Shown piece by piece: positions 51,501 to 60,910 of a stretch of 64,000 bases of DNA. The notes under the pieces were generated by a model. That model was given only the letters and a program-made list of their open reading frames with translations, was not told the origin of the DNA and did not search any database. A program made the translations under genes and the position numbers. The stretch lies in contig NW_005434575.1 in assembly GCF_000315625.1 (NCBI RefSeq), forward strand, positions 64,100 to 128,099. The letters run 5' to 3'. The DNA comes from Guillardia theta CCMP2712 (lineage: Eukaryota; Protista; Cryptophyta). Within the stretch, counting starts at the first letter, position 1, and each line of letters opens with the position of its first letter.

Positions 51501-51808
51501 CAAGACAGGGGAGGGGAAGGGAGGGGAGGGAGTACGGGAAGGCATGGGTGGAACTGAGGGGGGTGCGGGGAGTTGTTTCGTTGCCTGACAGCCCGACAGG
51601 GCAAAAGTGCTCCCATGGCAGCAGCAGAAGCCAACTCAACCGATGTCTTCCTTTCTTGCGTGTACTGATCCCTCTCTCCCACCGTCCCTTGACCTCTCGC
51701 CTCCCTTCCTCTTCCCCCCCCTTTCCCCACATCTCCTTCCTTTCATTTCACGTGCCCTCTTGCCTTGCCTTGTGCCTCTAGCAGGCACGAGGAGGCAGTT
51801 TTTTGTAA
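45580..51808 (+). CDS. LRR + ARM + patatin phospholipase (plant PLAI / iPLA2-gamma-like)
   Basis: LRRs; LSVDGGGVKG, GTSAGG, ASSAAPYFF, DGA; long acidic C-terminal exons; 3' end inferred. Confidence 0.9.
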
Positions 51809-51924
51809 TGTGAACATATGTACATGCTACGAAACTTCCTCTCTCCTCTCTTCCTCCAGCTGCCCTGCTCCTTCCAGCTCCCTCCTCCGCTCTTCCCCTC
51901 TGCCTCTCCCTTCCAGACACTAGC

Positions 51925-53815
51925 TCATCTCTTCGACGCCATCAATACATCCTGTGCGATCACTTCTGCCCAGAACTTTGAGGCCCCACCTGTATCCTCG
52001 TAGATCCCCAGCCCGTGATCGCAGCCTGCCAGGTACCTAGGAGCTGTGAGACGAAACGGGAAGGAGAGCAGAAGGGTGGATGAAAAATTCAACATGCGGA
52101 AGAGAAGCAAGAAGCTGATGTAGCACCAGCATCAGCACCAGCACCAGCACCAGCACCAGCACCAGCACCAGCACCAGCACCAGCACCAGTACCAGCACCA
52201 GCCCCAGCCCCAGCCCCAGCACCAGCACCAGCACTCGTTCATCTCACCTCAACTTGCACGATGAGTGCTGGATGCGCTTGAGAGCTGAGAAGAATCGGAA
52301 AGAGGAGGAGACAGGAACCTGCGGGAGGGAGTGAGGCAGGAGGGAGCAACCAGGGTTGACCCACAACTACATCGTCGGTGCCGTGGAGGAGGAGGACGGG
52401 AGGGAGGCAACGGGAAAGTCTGCAGTGAAGGTGAACGATGCGGAAGAATCAAAAGTCCCACACACCTCAACCCTTCCTCTCCTCGGAGATCCTGAGAGAT
52501 AAAAAGATTGTCACCCTGGGAAAGAAGAGCGACGACAGGACAGGACAGGACAGGACAGGACGGCAGGACAAGGAGGAGAGAACGAAAGATTATCATGAGT
52601 GCAGAGGAGAAAGGAAAGAGGGGAAGAGGAGAACGAAGAGCACAGCAGAGGAGGAGTCGACCTCCACCAGCTTCGATGGAGAGTTGTTGTCCCATAACGA
52701 TCGATCTGCTCCCATGACCGGATCCGCCAACCCTGCGGTAGTGAAGAGATTCTTCTTCCTTCCGCACATCGGACTAGACAGCATGAGGTCATCAGGACTC
52801 AAAACGCAATCAGCAATTCCCCTCTCCCTCTCCCTCTCCCTCTCCCCCGCCTCTCCTCCTCCCTCCCCCTCTCCCCCCCTCCTCCCTCTGCCTCTGCCTC
52901 TGCCTCTGCCTCCCTCTCCCTCTCCCTCTTCTCCTCCCTCTACCTCCCTTTCTCCTCCTCCCTTTTGCTCCCCCTCTCCCTCTCCCTCTCTCATCCTCCA
53001 TCTTCTAACTCTCCCTGGCAGCATCTTCCCTGGCGTCTTTATCCCTCCCTCCTTCGTTAGCTGTATCACCTCACTTCCGAAACTCCCCTCGTCGCTTCGT
53101 GCTCGAAATGATCCGAGATATGGTAGACTCCTGCAGACCATGAGCGCATTCCCTCCCTCCCTCCCTCCCTCCCTCCCTCCTCCTTCACACCACTCAATCC
53201 GACGAGAGCAGACAAGTCCGAGCAGGACCACCCGAGGAAGCTTCCTTCCTCAGCCCTCAGCCCCGCCTCGCTCAGTGCTCGCCTCACCACCGCCATGGCG
53301 CACAAATGAGCTCCTGCTGAGTGACCCATGAGGATGAGAGGAGTTTGCTCCTTCGACCTCTGCATAATGAACGTTTTGGTCCAGGCTATCGCTCTACAAA
53401 CATCGTCCACCATCTCCGAGCAGTTTCCTTCAGGATGTAACGTGTAGTTGATGACTATTACTGTGCTGTGTTTCAACGATCTTGAGGGCTGTTGCGCGAA
53501 GTAGAGTTTCTTGCCCGAGTACCATGCTCCTCCATGAACATACAGAACCACAGAATCCCCGAGGCCAGTGCGATTGTGAGGGAGGTAGACGTCAAGGACT
53601 CTTCGTTCCTTGTCCCCGTATCGCACGTCCTTCAAGACCCTGTCATGTCTTTGCGCCAGGATACATCGGAGAAGGAAGGGGATCTTGGACAGGTAGAAGA
53701 GGAGAGAGGAGACGATCAGAGAGGTCTGCTTGACCATGCTCGAGCTCGTCACTCTCTCCGCTATGGGCGCTACGCGCGTGACCGCCCATCGCAATCCTTT
53801 CCCGACCACCTCCAT
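51925..53815 (-). CDS. Alpha/beta hydrolase, isoprenylcysteine methylesterase-like
   Basis: LDVYLP, VHGGAW, GHSAGAH, GVYHISDHFEHE..RGV, final exon CDHG. Confidence 0.8.
52123..52233. repeat. (AGCACC)n hexanucleotide repeat, intronic
   Basis: About 18 units, some AGCCCC variants. Confidence 0.93.
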
Positions 53816-53845
53816 GGCGGCACAGCAGATACACCCTTTACTCAA

Positions 53846-53883
53846 AGTTAAGTTAAAATCAGTACGAGGACAATCAGGAGAGT
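53846..53883 (-). repeat. 38-bp dispersed repeat identical to 27293-27330
   Basis: agttaagttaaaatcagtacgaggacaatcaggagagt at both sites. Confidence 0.92.
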
Positions 53884-53974
53884 CGAGGAGGCTGGTGACC
53901 CCAGACTGAGAAACTCAGTAGACAGCGACAACCAACCCCAATCCTGCCGACTGCTGTCCCCCGTCATCCCATCA

Positions 53975-54870
53975 GGCGGGCCCGGCCCGGCCCCCGATCA
54001 GTGCCCGGTGACCCGGCACTCCACCGTGTCAGTCGGCTTCCCGGCGATCATCATTCCGAACTTGAAGGAAGTTGGCAAGTCACGACCGTACAGTGAGTCA
54101 CAGTAACGAATGGTACAGTTCAACTTCATTGAACAGGCTGAGCCCCGGCTCCGCGGCCCGGTGGCTGCGTGACTGCCCGCCGGGCGGCCCATAACTGGCC
54201 CCCGGCTAACGGAAGTTTGAGTAAAGTAAGGTGGCCCGCCGCGGTGCCGGGCCTCACATGATTCTGCGGCCGTGGAGGTTTAAGAGCTCAAAGTTCAAGT
54301 ACCGCCGGGGCGCGCCAAGCGGGGCCCCGTCAGGGCAACCACGGCATGCACGGAACTTTACCCAAAGTTCAAGGTTGGTTGAGTACCGTACGGTGGGGCC
54401 GGGCCGCCGGGCCCTGGCTCCGAGGCCCGGAGGCTCCGAGGAGCGGCTCCGTGACCGTATCGGACCGGACAGTCACTCAGTGACTGTGTGCCAGTGCCGA
54501 TCGCCTGAGTATAGTGCCATTGGAACTTCCGAGTTCCGAGTCATCATTTCGAAACCGGCGGCGCCGCGCGGCGGCCCGGTCACTGAGTCACCCGTGACCG
54601 GGTCCGAGTCGCAGCGGCGCGGCGCCGGGCACTCGGTGATAGGCAGCCGGACCGTACTGGGAGTCGGAACTTGCCTTTGGAATGACGCACGCCCCTTCAA
54701 GTTCGGCTGACAGTCACTTGTCACGGTCGCCGGGGAGTCAGCATGCCGCACAGTCCACCACGGGTCAAGGGTGGACACTCAGTCACCGTACGGTACGCCG
54801 TACGGTAATAATAACACACAGTGGCACGGTTGAAGAGGTCGGTTGCGGAGGACGGTACCGTATACTAGAA
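53975..54870. other. GC-rich palindromic mosaic intergenic tract
   Basis: For example acagtcact-c-agtgactgt (54469-54487) and accgtacgg-tacg-ccgtacggt (54785-54806). Confidence 0.75.
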
Positions 54871-55176
54871 AGCCCCCGATTCACTTAAGGTTAAGTTAAC
54901 GCTCTTCACAATTGACTCTTTTATTACTACACAATGATGATTTAGACCTGCAGTAGAGACTTTTGACCCTCTCTAATAATGAAAGGGGAAACTCCGAGGC
55001 ATGCGGCCCCCCCGGCCAAACATTGACAGTCAAAGGCTATGGTACTTCGACTTAGAGCGCCACTTAGGGTATCCTCAACCTTGAGAGCACTTGGGGCGGC
55101 AAGCAAAGAGAGCAGATGCGACCGAGAGGGGCAGAGGGAGGGAGGGAGGGAGGGAGGGTACAAGAGGAGAGGACGC

Positions 55177-55644
55177 ATGCAGGTTCCACACAACCAGCTC
55201 TCTATGACTGATACCACCACGACCAACGTCCGCGTCTTTCCGAGGAGGAAACCTCTGCAGCACCTGATGGTCCATCAGCGTAGAAGGGGGCAGGGAGTGA
55301 ACGTCGAGTACTCCACCCTAGCTCGTTTGTTCCACCTCCCCCAGACTCACGCGGCCTCTTCTCTGGTAGCTTCATCCTTGCTCTGACCTGCTTTCCTCTG
55401 ACTGCCTTGTCTCTAGCAACTCTCTCTCACTGCCTTCAAGAGCGCTTGCCGGAGGCTCGGAATTCCCCGCTGGCCATACGAGCGGAAATCGCGGCAGGAC
55501 AAGGCGGCCGAAGAGGTCCGGAGTAAGAGGAAGCAAGCGCAGGCAGCCGTAGCGATCAGATGGGAGGACGAGGAGGTGGCGGCGTTGGACCCAACATGGA
55601 TCGACTGGTTCATATCGGCGAGCGAGAGCGCGGGGCTGGAGTGA
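55177..55644 (+). CDS. Small RWP-RK domain protein (2 exons)
   Basis: LARLFHLPQTHAASSL / intron 55366-55416 / QLSLTAFKSACRRLGIPRWPYERK. Confidence 0.88.
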
Positions 55645-55711
55645 TAGTGCAGTAGAAGGATGTTTGCACATGTACAGTAGGAGAGATGTCAATTACAATC
55701 ATATCAAACCA

Positions 55712-56150
55712 TCACCATCTTGTGCTGGCTCTCTGTCGCTGCCCTGCAGCATCGTAGAGGATAAACTCTCTGTAATTGTGCAGCCAGGCGGACGGGTGAG
55801 TGTTGCTGGTGACTCCGATGACGGAGTCGTGAGGACCGGAGTCAGCGCTGGCAAGAGGAAGCCTCGTGTTGGGCATCGGCTGCTCGGCCTCGTAGGGCAT
55901 TCCCAGCACAGCTCGGATGAGGAACTTGATGGAGCAGATGCCGCGGGAGTCAGGCCGACAGTACTCGTCGCTCTTGCTGGAGTTCTCAGCGAGGTAGATG
56001 CCAGCTCCGAACAACTTAGCCTCCCATGCTGCAGACTCGCTCGTCGAGCCCGCAGGAGAGGATGGCGTCAACGACGTTATGCCGAGTGCCATGGAAGAGG
56101 TACACCTCGTTGCTCGTCTTGTCCTGCAGCAGCTCCCGCTTCATCCAGTC
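55712..56150 (-). pseudogene. Disrupted PARP (ADP-ribosyltransferase) catalytic domain
   Basis: NEVYLFHGT..GLDERVCSMGG, 4-nt insertion with stop, then LFGAGIYLAENSSKSDEY..HDSV..YREFILYD. Confidence 0.85.
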
Positions 56151-56753
56151 TTACCACCCCGGAGGACAGAAGCATCTTCTGCTGACTACTCAGCTCAGTC
56201 TCTCTCTCGCTGATCTCCTCCTTACTAACTTGCTGACCAGCACGTCTCGAGCCGCCTCGTCCGCAAGCACTAGCAAGGAAGAAGCTCTGTCATCATCTCG
56301 AGTCCGATCAATGATCATCCTCTACGAGTACATGACCGGCGGTCTACTTGAACTCATGCCCGAGGTTCCGAAGTTCTTTGAACTCGGAAAGTTTTTATTA
56401 AAAATTGAAGGGATTTTTTCACGTCCGCCCCAGAGAGGTTTGTTTCTCATGTGAGAGGCAGCAAACCTTGATTAGAGCTGATAACTATGGCAGGAATACA
56501 GCGCAGGGAAAGCACGGAAAGCAATGTAGGAGGAAGAGAGATAGGAGAGGAGAGCAGGCAAAGACATGATATGGCCTTGATCTCGAAAGTCTCTAGTTCC
56601 TATCATGAAAGTGCACTTGTTGAGTATGTACAGAAGTCGAAGCATAGAGTTCCATGAAACCTCTAATGAAAGATTTTACTTGCTTCACCTGGAAGATTTT
56701 ACTAGTGAACTAGAAAAAATCTTTCATTTCACCTAAGACTCTCACTTGATCTT

Positions 56754-59700
56754 ATGTCTCCTCACAGATCGTTCGGCATGTCGGATATCGTTGTTATTTT
56801 GATTCGATCGAACCTCGTCAACTTGTGGCAGGAGGCGCATGCTGTGCCCAACAATCAGAAGGAGCTTCGAGAACTCGCGACGGAGGTGAAGGAGATGGTC
56901 GACCTTGTACTTGATCGAGACCATCAGCAACTCGACGAGGAGCGAAAGTCTCTCCTTGACTCGGCTCTCAACCATCTCTGCTGCCTCCTGTCCTCCATAC
57001 GTCACTTCATAAGGAAGAAAGGCGAGGGCCGATCTCTCGACCCTTCTCCTCGTGATCGTCTCATGGGCAGCGCACGCAAGCTCGAGGCTGAGCTGGCAGG
57101 CAAGAGGTCGGAAGTGTTCTCAGCTGTGTATAACCTCAGCTGTGCTCTTGCTGGGCATGTTGGGGAGTTAGAAAGTAACCCCACGTACAGCAAGATGAAA
57201 GCAGCCGCAGATTGGGTGTCGTGCGATGCTTCAGACGTCAGCCAGGCAGAGCAGCGACCGTGGGCTCTCGACCCTTGGAAGCTTGAGGTGGAGACTACTG
57301 GACGAGGGAAACCCAAGAGGATTCTCGGCACAGGAGCCTTCACGGTCGTGTACCAGGCGACGTATGAAGGGGCTGAGGTGGTCGTGAAGGAGCCGCATGA
57401 CACTCAAGTGATCGATGGCGATGAGTCGACGCGCAAGGCGTTCATGAAGGAGGCGATGCTGCTCTTCAGCATGTCTCACCTCAACGTCAGTAACCTGGTC
57501 GGCGCCATCCTGTCGGACGAGCACGGAGACTCTTGCTACCTGCTGGTGACGGAGGCGCTGCTTCAGCCTCTCGATCGCTTCATCGAGCTGATTCTTAGAC
57601 CTGCCGGTGCGAACGAGCAGCAGGCCAGAGGTCGCGCGATCATGCAGGGGCTGGCGGACGGGCTGACGTACCTGCACGCGCATGAGATCGTTCACGGGGA
57701 CCTGCAGCCTAAGAACGTCAAGGTGGAGGCCAACGACGTCGCGAAGCTCGTGGGGTTCGAGCTCGTGAAAGTGAAGCAGCTGGTCGCCTCGTCGTCAGAG
57801 TCCGTGAAGCAGGGACATGTGTGCTGGATGTCTCCTGAACAGAAGAGAGGAGGGAGCGCGACGTTGGCGTCGGACGTGTACTCGCTCGGCCTTGTCATGT
57901 CGTACGTGATGACGCGCGAGAAGCTGGCGGCTAGCGTGGAGAAACAGGAGGAGGGATCGAAAGAGCTCCAAGGCGAGCAAGTGTGGAAGCAACTCATCCT
58001 GTGCTGCCTCGATAACGAGGCGTCGAAAAGGCCGACAGCAGCTGCTGTATCGATCAGTTTGTTGGCAGATCGCAATCTGCTGTTGGAAGCAAAGGGAATG
58101 AAGGGTATTCTGTCTTGTTATGCTGTTGATATACTGACTTTGCATGAAGTCAAGATCGGAAGCCAAAAAAATCAAAATATGCAAAATGATTCCATCGACA
58201 CTCGGAAGGGGTATGGTGCTGCATCACATAAGAACAATGCCATCATGTTCGCTAAATGGGGAGAGATGAGATGCTTTTCAGGGGATACAAGTAAAGTAAA
58301 AAGAGTGTTAATCTCGCCGGATGCGACCTTGATCACGGCACAGACAGATGACAGTGCAACGAGGATATTGGAAATCAAGAGCGGGAAGAAGATCAGCTCG
58401 TTCCATGGATCACACTACTTCACAATGACATCACTTGCATCTGCAGCAGAAGAGTCCAATGAAGGAATTGTGACATCATGGGACTTGACCAGCGAGAAAG
58501 AGATCTGGCGCGTCAAGCAAAGCAGCAGCATCACATGTCTGATGATTGCACGTATGAGCAGGTCTGGAAGATACTACATCATCTCTGGGTCATCGGAGGG
58601 TACGGTGAGAGCAGGGGAGCTACTGAACAGGGGTGAAGTCTGGTGCTCGTCGGAGAAGAGCGACAGCATCACATGTCTCACGGCAGTGTATGACAATTTG
58701 ACTGATCAAACAGTGTCAGGGTCATCAGATGGTGCTGTGAGGGCATGGGAGCTAAGCAGCGGGAAGGAGGTCTGGTGCTTCAAGGAAGACAGCAGCAGCA
58801 TCACATGCCTGATGGCAGCGTCAAGGTCTTTCGAGAGGATGAATCAACACTTAATAGCCTCGGGGTCATCGGAGGGTACGGTGAGGGTGCTGGAGCTAAG
58901 CAGCGGGAAGCAGGTCTGGTGCTTCAAGGAAGACAGCAGCATCACATGCCTCACGGCAGCGAACTCGAATCAGGGCAGTGGGACACCTCAATACTACATC
59001 ATCTCGGGGTCATCGGAGGGTACTGTGAGGGCATGGGAGCTAAGCAGCGGGAAGGAGGTCTGGTGCTTCAAGGAAGACAGCAGCAGCATCACATGCCTGA
59101 TGGCAGCGAACTATTTGAATGGGTCTCAAACACACTACATCATCTCGGGGTCATCGGAGGGTACGGTGAGGGCATGGGAGCTAAGCAGCGGGAAGGTCTG
59201 GTGCTTCAAGGAAGACTGCAGCAGCATCACATGCCTGACGAAATGGATATTCAATTTCAATGGGACGAATCAATGCTGCATCATCTCGGGGTCATCGGAG
59301 GGTACTGTAAGGGTGCTGTGGCAAACCAGCGGGGCAGAGATCTCGTGCTTCAAGAAAAATAGCGGCGGCATCACATTCCTGACAGCATGGACCTGGTATG
59401 TTAGTGATACGGAGTATTACAACATTGTCTTGGCGGGGTCATCGGAGGGTACGGTGAGAGCATGGGAGCTAAAGAGCAAGAAGGAGATCTGGTGCTCTGA
59501 GCAAAATAGTGGCGACATGTGTCTGGCGACCATAAGCCTATGTACTGGTGGTAGGACGCAGCAACCCTACCTTTTCTCAGGATCATCGGAGGGTACTTTG
59601 AGAGCATGGGAAATACGCTGTGAGAAGGAGATCGGATATTTAAGAGAAGATACAAGTGGCGTAACAAGTGTGGTATGGACGGGGGATGGTAGGATGATGG

Positions 59701-60506
59701 TAGCTGCAGGGTCATCGAAGGGCAAAGTGAGAGCATGGGAGGGAGACAGCGGGAAGGAGATCGGATGCTTCGAGGGACATACGGGAGTTCTTACGATCGT
59801 GTCTTGGACGAGGGATGGAAAGATGATCGCAGCTGGATCATCGGACGGCTCTGTGAGGGTGTGGGAGACAAGCAGCGGGAAGGAGTTGAGATGCTTTCAA
59901 GATGTTAAGAGACGATTCTCACACCTCGCTTGGTCCAAGGATGGTAGTATGCTTGCGTCCAAGTTATCAAACGGCACCGCAAGGGTATGGGAGATCAGCA
60001 GCGGTGAGGAGATGAGATATTCTGCAAAGAATTCTGTGATTGTTACAAGCGTGTCATGGTCGGAGGACAGCAGGTTCATCGCCGCAGGGTCAAAAGATTG
60101 GACAGTGAGAGTGTGGGAGGTAAGAAGCAGCGAGCAGGTGCAATGCTTCAAGGGTCACGGGGAGCAAGCGACCTGTGTGGTGTGGTCGCGAGACGGAAGT
60201 ATGCTCGCGTCAGGGTCAGAGGACATGACGGCGAGGGTGTGGGAGATGAGCAGCGGGAGGAGGGTGAGCTGCTGTACGGGACACAAAGGACGGGTGACAT
60301 GCGTTGCCTGGTCGGAGAACGGGAGATTTCTTGCTTCAGGCTCGTCTGACTGCACGGTGAGGGTATGGGAGGCGAGGAGCGGCAAGGAGATCAGATGCTT
60401 CCGAGGACACACTGACTGTATCACGAGTGTGGTGTGGTCGGAGGACGGGAGCATGCTTGTGTCGGGGTCAGATGACACCACTGTGTTGGTGTGGGGAAAC
60501 TTTTGA
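56754..60506 (+). CDS. MLKL-like helical bundle + pseudokinase + WD40 repeat protein
   Basis: 1250-aa ORF; kinase fold GTGAF, VVVK, HGDLQPKN, KLVGFEL, SDVYSLG; about 15-17 WD40 repeats. Confidence 0.85.
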   Translation: MSPHRSFGMSDIVVILIRSNLVNLWQEAHAVPNNQKELRELATEVKEMVDLVLDRDHQQLDEERKSLLDSALNHLCCLLSSIRHFIRKKGEGRSLDPSPRDRLMGSARKLEAELAGKRSEVFSAVYNLSCALAGHVGELESNPTYSKMKAAADWVSCDASDVSQAEQRPWALDPWKLEVETTGRGKPKRILGTGAFTVVYQATYEGAEVVVKEPHDTQVIDGDESTRKAFMKEAMLLFSMSHLNVSNLVGAILSDEHGDSCYLLVTEALLQPLDRFIELILRPAGANEQQARGRAIMQGLADGLTYLHAHEIVHGDLQPKNVKVEANDVAKLVGFELVKVKQLVASSSESVKQGHVCWMSPEQKRGGSATLASDVYSLGLVMSYVMTREKLAASVEKQEEGSKELQGEQVWKQLILCCLDNEASKRPTAAAVSISLLADRNLLLEAKGMKGILSCYAVDILTLHEVKIGSQKNQNMQNDSIDTRKGYGAASHKNNAIMFAKWGEMRCFSGDTSKVKRVLISPDATLITAQTDDSATRILEIKSGKKISSFHGSHYFTMTSLASAAEESNEGIVTSWDLTSEKEIWRVKQSSSITCLMIARMSRSGRYYIISGSSEGTVRAGELLNRGEVWCSSEKSDSITCLTAVYDNLTDQTVSGSSDGAVRAWELSSGKEVWCFKEDSSSITCLMAASRSFERMNQHLIASGSSEGTVRVLELSSGKQVWCFKEDSSITCLTAANSNQGSGTPQYYIISGSSEGTVRAWELSSGKEVWCFKEDSSSITCLMAANYLNGSQTHYIISGSSEGTVRAWELSSGKVWCFKEDCSSITCLTKWIFNFNGTNQCCIISGSSEGTVRVLWQTSGAEISCFKKNSGGITFLTAWTWYVSDTEYYNIVLAGSSEGTVRAWELKSKKEIWCSEQNSGDMCLATISLCTGGRTQQPYLFSGSSEGTLRAWEIRCEKEIGYLREDTSGVTSVVWTGDGRMMVAAGSSKGKVRAWEGDSGKEIGCFEGHTGVLTIVSWTRDGKMIAAGSSDGSVRVWETSSGKELRCFQDVKRRFSHLAWSKDGSMLASKLSNGTARVWEISSGEEMRYSAKNSVIVTSVSWSEDSRFIAAGSKDWTVRVWEVRSSEQVQCFKGHGEQATCVVWSRDGSMLASGSEDMTARVWEMSSGRRVSCCTGHKGRVTCVAWSENGRFLASGSSDCTVRVWEARSGKEIRCFRGHTDCITSVVWSEDGSMLVSGSDDTTVLVWGNF

Positions 60507-60910
60507 TGCCATTCGGAAGTTCAAGTTGATCAGACTCATGAGGACGATAGTATCTATGATGTGTTGTCACTAAACTAGCATACTGCCTACAACCTTCCGA
60601 ACCGTGACTATCATGAGGCCCGACTCGGATGATCGAGTCGATCATTACTCAGTGGACTGTGACATATACACGATCATTCACTAAGTCATGCCGCCGCCAG
60701 CACTCTGAGAGAATGTAACTGTATAGTAACGGATCTCAATTAAAGGCGCCGACTGCACTCAGTGATTCCACTTGCGCGCCGCGCTCCGGAGCGGCCTCCG
60801 AACTCCGGCAGGCGGCCCGGAGCCCGGAGTCGGACTGGCCCGGATCATCGCCCGGAACTCCGGGGTGACACGAGGGGGGATGCGGGGATCACTCCAGGGA
60901 TACTCGAGGA

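Noticed and set aside
51917-52003. Apparent antisense overlap of patatin and hydrolase last exons
   Set aside because: The patatin gene can end at TAA 51806-51808; the pyrimidine tract is more simply the purine-rich 3' UTR of the minus-strand gene
53998-54888. ORFs in the GC-rich mosaic tracts (also 6060-7126)
   Set aside because: Low-complexity Arg/Pro/Gly products with no motif; open by virtue of GC content
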